Positions 11,017 through 24,056 of a DNA stretch of 64,000 nucleotides are shown here, one piece after another (position 1 is the first letter of the stretch; each line of letters opens with the position of its first letter). The stretch is from Antechinus flavipes. Its lineage: Eukaryota. The stretch is from NCBI RefSeq assembly GCF_016432865.1, contig NC_067401.1:188108001-188172000 (forward strand). Reading direction: 5' to 3'. A program made the position numbers and the translations under genes. The notes under the pieces were generated by a model. The model saw only the letters and a program-made list of their open reading frames with translations. It did no database searches and was not told the DNA's origin.

Positions 11017-13270
11017 GAATAACGGCCAGAATTTCTCTCTTTCCACCTTGTTCCTCTTAGTTGTGTTTTGTTTCTGAACAACCTCCAACCTACCTTCAAC
11101 CTGTCCCCACTTCTATCCAGCCTCTCCTTTTTCCTTTCCCTTTCTCCTCCAACTGAGTATGTTATTCTTTCTTTGAGCTAAAACTGATGAGATTAAGCTT
11201 CAAGCAATGCTCATCCCATTCTTTTTTCCTCTGTTTTAATAGGTCTTTTGTGCCTCTTCATGTGATCTAATTTATCCTACTTTACTTTCCCTTTTCTCTT
11301 TTTCTTTGATATCACATCAGAACCAATTTATGGCCCACACATTCTGTCTATGTATGTCCCTTCTAACATCCCTAATAAAAGATACAGTTCTCAAGAGTTA
11401 TCATTTTCTCATCTAGTGATGTAAACAGTTTAACCTTTAAATATATATTTTAAAAATTTCCTGTTTACCTTTCTATGTTTCTCTTAATTATCCAAATTTT
11501 CTGTTTAGTTCTGGCCTTTTCAATTGAAATGATTGAACCTCATTCTCCTGCCCTGAGAGATGATGTTCAGTCTCACTGGGTAGTTGATTCTTGGTTGCAT
11601 TGTCAAGTTTTTTGCTTTCTGGAATATGATATTTCAGGCCCTTTGATCCTTTATTGTAGAAGCTGACAGATCCTGGGTAAAACTGACTGTGGCTCCTTAA
11701 TACATGAATTTTTTTTTTTTTCTGGCAGCTTGCAGTATCTTTTTTCATGAGATTATAGTTCTGGAGTTTTGTAACAATGTTTCTTGGGGTTTTCCTTGTG
11801 GGATCTTTTCCCAGAAGTGATGGATGAATTCTTTTAATGATTATTTTGCCCTCTAGTTCTAGTATATCAGGGCAGTTTTCCCTGATGATCACTATCCAGG
11901 CTCCTTTTTTTTCGTGGTGGTCTTCAGATAGAGTAGTAATTTTTAAAATTGTCTCTCCCAGATCTATTTTTCAGATAAGCTATTTTTCCAATGAGATATT
12001 TTGCATTTTCTTCCATTTTTTCATTCTTTTTACTTTGACTGATTCTTGATGTCTTATAGGATTATTAATTTCCTTTTGCCCAGTTCTAGTTTTTAATATA
12101 TGATTTTTTTAGCTAACTTTTGTATCTCTTTCTTCATTTGTTAATTCTACTTTTCAAGGTAGTGTTTTTTTCAGTGATTTTTTTTTTTTTTTTCATTTAG
12201 CCAATTGTATTTTTTAAGGAATTGTTTTCTTCAGTCAATTGTTGCTCTTCCTTTTTCAGGCTGTTGACTCTGTCTTGCATACCTCTCCTTTCTTTTTTTT
12301 TTTTTCTTTTATAATAACTTTTTATTGACAGAACCCATGCCAGGGTAATATTTTTTTTTACAACATTATCCCTTGCACTAGCTTCTGTTCTGATTTTTCC
12401 CCTCCCTCCTTCCACCCTTTCCCCTAGATGGCAAGTAGTCCTGTATTTGTTAAATATGTTGCAGTATATCCTAGATACAATATATGTTTGCAGAACCGAA
12501 CAGTTCTCTTGTTGCACAGGGAGAATTGGATTCAGAAGGTAAAAATAACCCAGGAAGAAAAACAAAAATGCAAATAGTTTACATTCATTTCCCAGTATTC
12601 TTTCTTTGGATGTAGCTGCTTCTGTCCATCATTTATCAATTGAAACTGAGTTAGGTCTCTTTGTCAAAGAAATCCACTTCCATCAGAATACATCCTCATA
12701 CAGTATTGTTGTTGAAGTATATAATGGTATATAATGCTCATTTCACTTAGCATCAGTGCATACCTCTCATTTCTTTTCCCAATTTTTCTTCTATCTCTAT
12801 ATTAGTTGACTTTTAAAATCCTTTATGAGTACTTCTAAGAAACTCCTTTGGACTTGAGACTAATTAATATTACCCTTTAAGATTTCCCACATGGGCATTT
12901 TATTCTCTTCTGAGTTGGTGTTTTGGTCTCTCCTGTCACCATGGTAGATTTCTGTGGTTAAGGTTCTTTTCTGTTTCTTGCTCATTTTCTTTTCTTTTTC
13001 CTATTTTGTGATTTTTAAGGTCAAACTTTGCTCCTGGGGTGCAGGAGGTACTGTCTTAAGCTTCTTATTTGACTTTGAGCACAAAGTTCCCTTGTGTTTG
13101 ATGTCTTTCTCATAGCACGGGGTAACCCCACCTCATCTCTATAAGCGACAGCCTGGTTTCCCAGACAGCAGTTTGCTTCCTGTGCTGAGGCTGGAGGCTG
13201 CCTCACTGGTCTGCTCTACTACTGAGCTAGGATTGGGGGTCTCAGTTGCTAATCTGCTCTGATTAAGATT
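11017..13270 (-). mobile_element. Old L1: 5'UTR, ORF1 and inter-ORF region
   Basis: ORF 11488-11892 (ENCPDILELEGKIIIKRIH...KTPRNIVTKLQNY) is L1 ORF1-like. Coiled-coil remnants lie at ~12200-12290. Boundaries approximate. Confidence 0.8.
12293..12756 (-). mobile_element. Younger 5'-truncated L1 nested in the old L1 ORF1, with ~17-bp TSD
   Basis: Poly-T tail at 12293-12310. TGCATACCTCTC(C/A)TTTC occurs at 12276-12292 and 12757-12773. The 3' end matches the L1 at 28.6 kb. Confidence 0.88.
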
Positions 13271-14169
13271 TTCTCACTGACTTTGCTGGACACTGTCTGA
13301 GCTGAGCTGAATATTTCTTTTACTTCAATGAGACAGATTTTCATGAAGTCCTTCCAATTTATTTTCAACTGGAGAATGGTTTAATTTCTTTATAGGCTTG
13401 GTTTCATGTGATTTTAAAGGGAAACTGGGAAAACTTGAGCAGCTTTCTGACTTCACTTTGCCATTGTTGCTCTGCCTTTACTATACAAGAATTTAAAATA
13501 AAAATTTGCTATTATATATTGTTATTATCTGCTTCATAATATAATGTACCTTGTTAAATATTTAATAATTTTTAAATATTTATTTTTATCACACATCTTT
13601 AAAATCCAATTCATATGTGACAATATTCAGATTATAAAAGTTATTTTATCTAACTATTTCTGTTACAATGGTCTCTTACATTTCACAAGTGAAATTTAGA
13701 AATACAATAATAACATGAACATTAAACTTCAGATGATAGCAATTGTACATCCAAATTAGCATTATATAAAATTATTATTGATCTTATTAACTTTGGCATT
13801 TTAAAACCACTTTAGAGTTATTGGATATGGAACAATGACATTCAATTAAAGAAGTTGTAGTGTTTAGCATAGGCCAGTCACTGTGTCAAGCACTTTACAA
13901 TTATTATTTCAGTCTTTATGACAGCTTTGATATGTGGGTATCATTATTTTTTTTTCTTTACAGATTAGGAAACTGGGATAAAGGAGGTAATAAAAATTGC
14001 TTAAGATTACATAGCTGAGTTTACATCCAGAGAGTCTTTAGAAGTTCAGGGCTCTGATGTGATCAATCAGCAGAAAATCAATCACATGGCAGAAAGGGAT
14101 TACATGATCAATCATCCAAAAAGCCATCAGATAGTAGAAAGGGATTACAATAAAAAAGAATACAGGCTT

Positions 14170-15143
14170 TTTAAACCAACAGGGTAGTGTCCAGTGCAAG
14201 CAGCTCCAATGTAATTGCCAGATGATGAGGAGAGATTTAGAAAGTGGTAAATAGAAGGGACTAGATAGGTTTGGGAGAGAGGGTTTGCTTGTATTCCCAC
14301 AGATGGAGAAGGAAACAAATGGGTGGCAATGAGCACCTGAAGAGAGACAGAAAAGGAGAAAAACCTCAAAACAAAGGAGAAGATCTAAGAAACATCTGAC
14401 ACTGAAAGAGCATGTCTGATAATGAAACTGTTGCAGAACTTGAAAACCAGCAGGAATCATTGGATTCCCTAACACAAGATGAGACTATTGCAGGACTTCA
14501 AAACTTGCAGGAATTATTGGACTTCTGGCACATGAAGTAATGGACAACAGATTCCTTTTGGACTATTTCTAGGACTTATGGACATGTATAAATCCTCATG
14601 TTGATTCATGTTATTTGTTATATCACTACTAGCATGTGTTATGTTACTATGTGCTTATGTAATTATGTAATTATGTGTAATATCTCCCATATTGATGGAT
14701 TTATGTATACCTGTTTTAAGAGTGAGCCCCTTCAGAAACCCGCTAATCTGATTTGATTTCCCATTTCCTCTGATATTTTCATCTCTCTTCCTGAGATGTC
14801 AGGAAGGGCATGATCACCAATTTTTATGGTGTTTTCACTCCTTTTTTTGAGCAGTCAGGGAAGGCACGATCACCTTTTTTTTTTTTTGGGGGGGGGTTCT
14901 CACCTCCTTGAGAAGTCAGGGAGGTCATAACCACATATGTTCTAAAATCAAAAGAAAATGTGAGATGCTAGAATTCTTACAAGGTGCTAAGTCAGTTATC
15001 TAATTTAGCATGGTACTTAACAGTTCTCTAGTTCACTAATGTACTTAGCACTTATTAGAGTACCACAAGATTCACACATTTAAGAGAGCATATATAAGAA
15101 GGAGCCCACTAAAGGACAATTCCACTCTCAGAGGAGGAGACAG
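14170..15143 (+). mobile_element. Second copy of the env-less class II ERV 3' end (IN C-terminus remnant, 3' region, LTR from 14966, cut by a gap)
   Basis: Reverse-complement homologue of 8040-8780 (GGGTTTGCTTGTATTCCCACAGATGGAGAAGGA; GGACTATTTCTAGGACTTATGGACATGTATAA). The LTR starts TGCTAGAATTC. Confidence 0.85.
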
Positions 15144-15643
15144 NNNNNNNNNNNNNNNNNNNNNNNNNNNNNNNNNNNNNNNNNNNNNNNNNNNNNNNNN
15201 NNNNNNNNNNNNNNNNNNNNNNNNNNNNNNNNNNNNNNNNNNNNNNNNNNNNNNNNNNNNNNNNNNNNNNNNNNNNNNNNNNNNNNNNNNNNNNNNNNNN
15301 NNNNNNNNNNNNNNNNNNNNNNNNNNNNNNNNNNNNNNNNNNNNNNNNNNNNNNNNNNNNNNNNNNNNNNNNNNNNNNNNNNNNNNNNNNNNNNNNNNNN
15401 NNNNNNNNNNNNNNNNNNNNNNNNNNNNNNNNNNNNNNNNNNNNNNNNNNNNNNNNNNNNNNNNNNNNNNNNNNNNNNNNNNNNNNNNNNNNNNNNNNNN
15501 NNNNNNNNNNNNNNNNNNNNNNNNNNNNNNNNNNNNNNNNNNNNNNNNNNNNNNNNNNNNNNNNNNNNNNNNNNNNNNNNNNNNNNNNNNNNNNNNNNNN
15601 NNNNNNNNNNNNNNNNNNNNNNNNNNNNNNNNNNNNNNNNNNN
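15144..15643. other. Assembly gap (N run)
   Basis: 500 N. Confidence 1.
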
Positions 15644-15879
15644 AAAAGTTATTAAAAAATTGAAAAAAAATAAAAAAATGAAACAAATGTGAAGAATTCA
15701 AAGAAAAAAAACCAAAAAAAAAAAAAACAAAAAACATTCTGTTCCTTCCACTGTTGCCAAAATTCACCTCTCCCACATGATGAAATGTTGTTATGAAGGG
15801 CAGTTTCTGACAAAGTAATTCATGGAATCATGTATATGAGTAAAATGCTTAAATTTCTAAAAAAAAAAATTTGTTGACA

Positions 15880-18228
15880 ATAGAGAATAGGTTGGAGGAC
15901 AGATTGGGAGCAAGGAGTCCAGTTCGGAAGATATTGCAATAATCCAGCCAGAGCTGATGAGGGTTTGATCTAGGGTAATGGAGAAATGTAGAATTAAAAA
16001 GATGGCAACTATTTCAATGTGAGGAGAGAGGTGGGAGCGAGGGCAGTATCAAAGAGGATGCTGAGATTACAACCTTGATGACTTGGAAGGATGACCATGC
16101 CCTCAACACAAATGGAGAAGTTTGGAGGGGTGGGATGTTTAAGGAAGGGAGATGATGAGTTTCAATCTGGACAGATTAAATTTGAGATACTAAAGGGATG
16201 CTAAGGTAGAGATGTCTGGCTGGCATTGATTCAGAGAGAGATATTCTGGTAGCTATAATCTACAGACTTCTTGGACGCTCTCCTCCCTTCCTCCTTTCCT
16301 TCCTCCCTCTCTTTCTTCCTTCCTTCTCCCCCTCCCTCCCTCCTTCCCTTTCTTCCTTCCTTCCTTTCTTCCTCAGTATGTTCAGTGCCTGGCTCTGTCT
16401 TTCCCTTTAACTTTTGCCTTCATATGGAAGACTTCTACTTCCACATTGATATTTCCTCAAACAGCCTTTCCTCCCAGGGCTTCAACTTATTCATTACCCT
16501 TCCCTACTCTTTCACACACCTCAGCTACAGAGTTAAAAAATGGTGAAATTATTTTATCATGATCTTTTTTCACTCTACCAGACAACTCCAAACCCCATTC
16601 TTCACCCTTACCATGACCCTCCTATCCTCAGTTCTTTAACAGGTTATAACACCAGCACTGGCTACTTGCTTTTCCCTTCCCAATTTTGAACCTCTTTGTG
16701 AACCAGTTCAATTCTATACTGTCCTCATCTCTAGAGTCTTTTATCCTTTTATCGTATCAAAGATTTTGCCCTGCCAATCTCCAGCTTTGGATTGCTCTTG
16801 CTCAAGTGCTATAGGACAAAGTTGGGGAAAAATCACATAATCCTGCTAGCTGGGTCAACCACAAATTTATGTTTCATAATCTCAATTGGGTCCACACTGC
16901 AATAATTGAGTCATTATCTCAGTCATTACAGTTATTTTCCAAACTTTTTTATCCCTCCTCAAATTTCCCATGACTCCTACTCCTACTCTTTCCCCTCAAC
17001 TCATATTATACTAAAACAAAACAAAAAAAAATAAATAATGGCCATTTACCAAGAGCTCCTTTTTTTTTTCACCTCCTCATCTCACATTACGCAGATATTT
17101 TTCCCACCATGTCCTCTTTTATCCTTGTCCTAACATGAAGAAGTTGCCCTTCTCCTGATAAGGCAAACTTTTTTACATCCATCAGTCTTTCCATTTGCTG
17201 AACCAAAAAGCACCCTGTAAGTTTCTCATGAGAACCTCGCCTCACACACTAGATAAAAGTGACAAGCATGACCATGGAGTGACCTTGTCTATTTCTATTC
17301 TTCTGCTTACTTGGGCATCACACCTGTGAGGTGCTTCTACAGGTAATATCAGTCATTGTTCTCTGAAAATACTGACCCTGGAAGGCCCCCTTAAGCTCAT
17401 TCCCATCATTGTATATATACAACCTGTTATTCCCACCATTGTATAGATCCCAAGCCCATTCCCATCATTGTATGCAATCAAATTATTGTTTTAGGCTGTG
17501 AGAAATACAAATTTTTGTATTTAACAGCTGCCTGATGACTTAACTGCATCCTTTTTGCTTCTGTATCACCTACTTGTTTTGCTATTAAATCCTATGTGAA
17601 CGCTGTGCCTCAGTCACTCTATACCAAATGCTTTGGAAGCTAGTCCCATCAGTCAGTTAGCTTATTAAACTCTCCCCATTAAAAGATTAAAAACCTATCT
17701 CTGTCTTGCCTTAGTTTCTCAGGCATTACACATTCTGTCCTATCCCCTCCATCAGATTGTCCCCTTTATGATCTCCATTGTCTTACTGGTCTTTAATCTC
17801 TCTTCCCTACTCCTTTACTTACGGGACACATCTCCTCCAGCCACAAAAATCCATACTTGATCTGTCCTTTCTTTTTGTTAATTGTTAAATTCCTCGAGAA
17901 GACCATTTTCAGACTGGTCTCTACTTCCTTTCCTCTCACTCTCTTCAGGCTAGCTTCAAACCTCATCATTCAACTGAAATTGCTCTCTACAAAGTTACTA
18001 GTGATCACTCAACTGCCAGACCAAAGAGCCTTTCTCAACCCTCATCCTTCTTAATTTCTCTGTAGGCCTTGACCTTTTTGTTCACCACCTGCTCTTGAAT
18101 ATTCTCTTTCCTCTGTACTCTCATGGCACTGTTCTCTGCTGGTTCTTTTCCTACCTGACCACTTCTTTGTAGTCTACTTTGCTGGATCTCCATCCAGGTT
18201 TTGTGTAACATTAAGTATTTCTCAAAAG
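15880..18228. mobile_element. Degenerate L2 fragments in both orientations, interrupted by an LTR
   Basis: Purine-rich L2-like text on + at 15.9-16.25 kb and pyrimidine-rich L2 ORF2-like text at 16.4-18.2 kb (AAATTGCTCTCTACAAAGTTACTAGTGATCACTCAACTGCCAG). Confidence 0.6.
17216..17730 (+). mobile_element. Solo LTR
   Basis: TG...CA termini. The end TTGCCTTAGTTTCTCAGGCATTACA is shared with the ERV1-type LTRs of this window. It has an internal CCCATCATTGTAT triplication. Confidence 0.75.
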
Positions 18229-18363
18229 NNNNNNNNNNNNNNNNNNNNNNNNNNNNNNNNNNNNNNNNNNNNNNNNNNNNNNNNNNNNNNNNNNNNNNNN
18301 NNNNNNNNNNNNNNNNNNNNNNNNNNNNNNNNNNNNNNNNNNNNNNNNNNNNNNNNNNNNNNN
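18229..18363. other. Assembly gap (N run)
   Basis: 135 N. Confidence 1.
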
Positions 18364-19034
18364 TTCTGTCAAGTGATGGGTTAAGACCTAAGGGTTTAAG
18401 AGTGGTACTATATTCTACTTTTCAAAAACTTCTTTCCTTCTTCCAGTTTCACATTTTTTAATAGTGCAAGTGAGGCAGAAACAGAAGAGGTTTTCGTCCC
18501 TGAAGGAGTCTGATTTCCTTGCAGAAAGAGACTATATAAGCTATCTCTGCCTATCTGTATCTCTTCTCCTGTCTAGCATCCTGATTAGCATACTAAACAA
18601 AACTTAGTAAATAATGAACAAGCTTAATAAGTGTTGTGTTAAGTTCACTTCCCTTGGGATTTTGTTTCCCAGTTTGTAAAGTGAGATGGCAGAACTAAAA
18701 AATTCTAAAGTTCCTTCAGGTTTGAAATCCTGAGGTAGGTGGGATCAAATTGTGATCTGACCCTTCTCTTTGTGGGACTAGAGAGAAGAGGATTATTTTT
18801 GTCTTTTCATTGATTTATTAAGGATAGAGGAAGAAAGCCAATGGGGAAAGGGAGTAAATTGACTTTATCGGGGAGACATGCCACTTGTCAAAGGAAAGTA
18901 TAGGTTGGCAGAGAATACAGTAAGGGAAGGTCTCTCTTCTCCATACATCATTTTTTTCACGTATTCAACATCTGTTTAGCACTTAGTTATAAGCAAAGAC
19001 CTCGACAGACTCTTCAATAAACCATTCATTACAG

Positions 19035-20025
19035 TGATATTAAACATCCCAGGCTGGACTGAGGATCATGGTCAACTATCTTGCCGATGGTATATTCCTC
19101 AACTTGAAAAGGCTACAAGTCAAAATACTGAAGTGAACAGAGTGTTGGGCCCTGATTTTTTGTTTGCACTCCATGTAACTTCTGAAGTTGAGATGCAAAA
19201 AAGTTTGGATCAGCTCTTTGCTGTTTGTGCTAATTTTGGCTTAACAATTAACAGCAAGAAAACACAGGTGCTCCCTGAGCCAGCACTACACCATCCATGC
19301 CTGAAACCATTGGTTACAGCAAATGGAGAAGTTTTATGCTGGGGTTAAGTTCACTTCTCTTGGCAGTACACTTTCCAGGGATGTACATATATGTTGACGA
19401 TAATGAGGTTGATGCACTCAGTGTTTGGGAAGCTCCAAAAGAAAGTGTGGGAGAGAAGGGTATTTACCTGTTCTCTGCCAGGAAACTGAGTAGCTTCCAT
19501 TTGCATTAGACGGCTTAGGAAGATTATGAAGATCACCTGGCAAAACACTGACCCAAACTGACAAGCATTCAAACTCTGCTGCAGTGAATGCAATTCCAAT
19601 GGGCCAACTATGTTGTTCAAATGCCAAATGTACATTTGCCTAAAAGACTGTTTTACAGGAGAACGCACACAAGGCAAGCACTCACATGGTGGTCAGAAGC
19701 AGCAATATAAGGACACTCTCAGAGTCTCTCTGAAGAACTTTGGGATTGATTGGGAGACACTGGCACAGTGTGCTGTGTCTGTAAGGTGCTCTGCTCTATG
19801 AGCAAAACAGAATTGAGGTAGCTCAAAAGAAACTGGAGCTATGCAGATGTAGAAAATATGCCTCAGATGTTCATATGGATGATTTGCACCCAACCAGTGG
19901 GAGTTGACCTGAGTTGGTATTGGTCTGATCAGCCACAGTCCGACATACCGTAACATGATGTCATTTTGGTCCTTTTCAAGAGTGGAAGACAACAATCAAC
20001 CAATGAACTATGATGGTGATATTAA
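19035..20025 (+). mobile_element. RTE-clade LINE 3' part (RT domain end to 3' tail)
   Basis: SEVEMQKSLDQLFAVCANFGLTINSKKTQVL...LVTANGEVL resembles the RTE RT. The 3' end is TTTTGGTCCTTTTCAAGAGTGGAAGACAACAATCAACCAA. Confidence 0.85.
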
Positions 20026-23000
20026 AGATCTTTGTGTTGAAGAAGAGGGGACTTGTTCCTGGCTCCCACTTAAAATATTTCCCAGCCACTTCCGCTGTCT
20101 TTTCCTTTGTGCATGACTTTCTCTCTAGTTACTCTCTTCACTCTGATCCAGGGAGGAATGGTTTTCTTTCAAACCTGTCATGGGAAGACAATGAAAGAGG
20201 AAGCTCACCCATGCCAGTCACAGCTCACTTATAACTTCCCCCCACCAAAGACTCATTTGCCTAAGGGGTGATCTAAATCCAAGTTTTTTCCCTGTTCTGC
20301 AAAGTTATAAAATATGAAAGATAATTCCTCTGAGCTTCCTTGACAGGGAATGCCCCCAGCAGCTAAAAACACCCTTACTGTGGGGACTGAATATGGATCA
20401 CAACATGCATTTTCATCTTTCTTGTAGTTGTTTGCTTGTTTTTGTTTTCTTTCTCATTTTTCCCCCTTTTGATCTGATTTTTCTTGTCCAGCATGATAAA
20501 TAATTGTGGAAATATATACATAGGAGAATTGCACATGTTTAACATATATTGGATTACTTGCTGTCTAGGGGAGAGGGAGAGGGGAAGGGAGGGAGAAAAA
20601 ATTAGGAACACAAGGTTTTGCAAGGGGGAATGCTGAGAACTATCTTTGCATATATTTTCAAAATAAAAAACCACTATTTTAAAAAATAAAAAAGAAACAA
20701 CAACAACAAAAATTCCCATTCTTACTCCCACCCCAACAATATATACAACTTTCAGAGATTTCCTCCCTATTACCCTTACTGCAACCGAGTAGATCAGTAA
20801 ATGTAATGATTAACTCTCAGAGAAATCAGATGAATAGATGGATTAACTTCTCCTCTGTTCTCCTCAATCTCACTTGCCATTCATCTTTGGACTGGACATG
20901 ATTAAGGAGTTCCCTGTGTTATCCAGGCAAGGCTCACATTGCTAAGCAGGAGCCAGAGTACATACCCAGCTCCAGGAGAGATGTTCCAGTCCATCAAATG
21001 AAAGATCTCCCCGATTATTCCTGTTCCAAGTTCACTTTGCTGGAAGTTTAGTTTAGCTAATTTAACTTTTTTTTTTTAATCTTTCTCCATGGATGGCACA
21101 CCATTTGGCAAATAGAAGGTGCTTTATAAATGTTTGTTGAATTGAATCAAATAATATTGAAATATTGAAATATTTGACATGCACCTAACTGGGTAATCCA
21201 TGGGGTTAATACCTCAGTGTAGTAATCTTAGGCACCACAAGTACAGTTTTAAGCTAATTTTAAACCAATAATCAATTTAATCAATTATATAATTCATAAT
21301 TAATTCAATTATCTCAGGATACAGGACATTTTCAGGTCTGTTAGGCCTAAGGGTTGATCAGGGGAAAAACACCAGCTGCTCATTGCCTTTATTTTAAGAA
21401 AGAAAGTAAGGAGGCAGAAATAAATCAGAGAATCATCTTGGGTGAGTAGGGGGAGAGGAGTAGGGTAGAGGGGTGGAGAGGAGAAGCAGGATGCAATAAC
21501 TTCCACACAACAAACTGCCCCAATCTCGGTTCTTCATCTGATACAATGGATTAGTCAGAGCTGGATAGACCAACAATCTTTTTAATATAGGCAAATACCC
21601 TCAGAAAAAAAGTAGTTCTCAAAACAATTAGGAAGAAGCCACTGGAAAAATGGTTATAAGCAGTCCTTGGGGTCTCAGAAACCCTGACAAAAGTTCTAAA
21701 AACTGATTTTTATATTTCTTTTGCCCAAAGGGTCACACAGATCAATTCACCTTGGGATCCTGGAAAACAATCACAGGTACCTTTTGGAACACAGTCCTTG
21801 TTCCAGATCCAGAACATGTGGTCTGGGGAAGCATAAGCAAAGTTCTTTCCCTTGTTCTCAGTGCCAAACAGTCAAGTCTCAAAACAGCCAATGTGAGATG
21901 ACCAGATAGAAATGACAGATGGAAATCCCCAAATACAAAGTTGTGCAAATCCAACAGCATAAGGAACAATTCAAAACTTTCAAAACATTTCTGCTTTCTT
22001 AGCTTTAGCCTTTAGGGGCTTTTTCAACCCACAAGCAAAAAAGAGAGTAAAGGGGAAGGAAGGTAGCTTTCTGTCTCTGAAGGAAACCAGATCCACACTC
22101 AGCTTTCCAAAATAGATGGAGCTCTTTCCACAGAGATTTAGGATATGGGGTTGATAAGGTGTTACCCCTTTCCTTCAGATGAGAAAATTTGTCTGGGTGG
22201 AAACTCTTCCATTGACTCACTAAATGCTGTGGAGATTAAAATTATCTCATCTACAATAAGAGATATTGAAGCAGAGGTCTGAGACAATGGCACTTTACTA
22301 AAGGGTCCACGGTTCCCTCCAAGGAAGTGGACCTCAGATCTTCCTCGTGACTGAGATGCCATCTCCCCTTAGGGCTAAACTTTTATAGGGTTATAGTTAC
22401 ATTAACTATAGAATGGTGATTTCATTGGTAAACATAGGCTAAAATATGAATACCAGCAGGGTCACAAGTTGGGTGAAGGTATCACAGTCAGTGACTTAAA
22501 TGGTTATAAGATGGCCCTATTGGACAAGTGATAGGTATGGAGATACAAAAATCTTTTGGGGAGACTTCTCATGTAGTTGTGATCTCTGCCATGCGGGCTT
22601 GGCATGGGCACAATGACAAGGCAAAAACAAGTGTGTGTGGGGGTGTCTTTAGTTGGCTTCCTATAGTTAAGCAAGTAAACTGAATCTGTAGCTCACAGGT
22701 CTGAGGTCTTATATACAGAACTTTAATATGATCCTATCAAATTGATTAATACCGAATGGAATAGAATAGGGGTTCAAATGAATTATTTCTCCCAGTGCAT
22801 AAAGCCATACAATTGGGGTCTGGACAAAAAAGTGTTCCTTTCCACAAAGGGGATACCCATATTCTCTAGGGCTGTGGGATCACAGTCAAATAGAAATACT
22901 GGCTACCTATTGATTTGGAAAACCACAAATTAACATTGTCTATGTTGTACTGTATTTTTATTTTAATTTAATTTGTTAAACATTTGCCAATTACATTTTA

Positions 23001-23970
23001 ATCTGATTGGGCTGCACTCTTGTGGCCAACATGTGACACTTCTGGCAGAGAATTTGATGTCTCTGCCCTAGGAGTCCCCACAATAATCCCCATAGAGGAT
23101 CCAGAAAATTTCTTCAGGGTCCTTATTCCAAAAGGCTTATTCCCCCTACAGAAATTCCCCCTATACATCCTTGCCACTGCAAAGGCTAAATGGAATTGCA
23201 ATCTCATCCAAGAGGACAAGAGGACAAGTAGGCTCACAGTTAAGAGAAAGAGTCAAGAATGCCAGCTACTCCTAGACTCAGTTATTCTCACCCTAACAAG
23301 CGGTAGGGCATTTTCCATTCACAAAAGGCAAGCAGTCTGGATCTGTCTAAATGCTGTGGGGTCCAGAGTTCCCCAACCAAAGAAATTCTGAACCTCTCCC
23401 ACCCTCAACCAAAGGGCATCCTTCCACTAAAAGGGCAAATTGATATTGAAGGAAGGAGCTGAGAGCTCTAGTATTATTATAAAAGTCTTTTAATAATCAT
23501 CTGGGTTACTTACATAGGGGCTGTCTGGAGTGACTCTGAGGGTCTCTGATCCCTGCCATGCAGTCTGAGGTGGCGGCCATATTATTCAGTGGATCTCGAA
23601 AAAAGACTCCCCCTCCAAAAGTTCCATGGGGATTATAGAAATAAGACAAAGGTAGGAGGAGCTATAGACATCATGCCTATGTCAATGCAATTTGGCTAAC
23701 ATTTTGATTACTGCTTGGCCTGGTTCCAGAACCTGGGTGCAAGGCCAGCACAGGTGGTTAGATGTTCAGACACTCAAGGCTGTGGGCTGGTGAGTTCCCA
23801 CACACACACAAGGTTATTTGCTAGACACTGTGTCCTTGTGATAGCTTTCACTCCTCTTGGTATAACTTTCATCCCAATAAGGGACTTCACATTCCATCTC
23901 TGAAGTCTTTGCCATGGCTTTTACCAAGAAGGACCCCACATTCCACCTCTGGAAGCCACCCATACATTCT

Positions 23971-24003
<33 letters not shown>

Positions 24004-24056
24004 TTTATTGACAGAACCCATGCCTGGGTAATTTTTTGCAACATTATCCTTGCACT
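19413..24056 (+). repeat. Tandem duplication, copy 1 (~4.64 kb)
   Basis: About 98-99% identical to 24051-28697 in a hand-aligned stretch; offset 4638 at the start. Confidence 0.97.
20372..20712 (+). mobile_element. L1 3'UTR with A-rich tail (duplicate at ~25021-25361)
   Basis: GGGGACTGAATATGGATCACAACATGC...GATCTGATTTTTCTTGTCCAGCATGATAAAT...; A-rich tail. Confidence 0.75.

Noticed and set aside
15072-15776. 234-aa ORF, and other ORFs spanning N runs (18201-18461, 48163-48565)
   Set aside because: They are open only because they read through assembly gaps.
23020-23391. 123-aa ORF in duplication copy 1
   Set aside because: It is broken by indels in copy 2 (split into 27672-27881 and 27829-28041) and has no recognisable domain.
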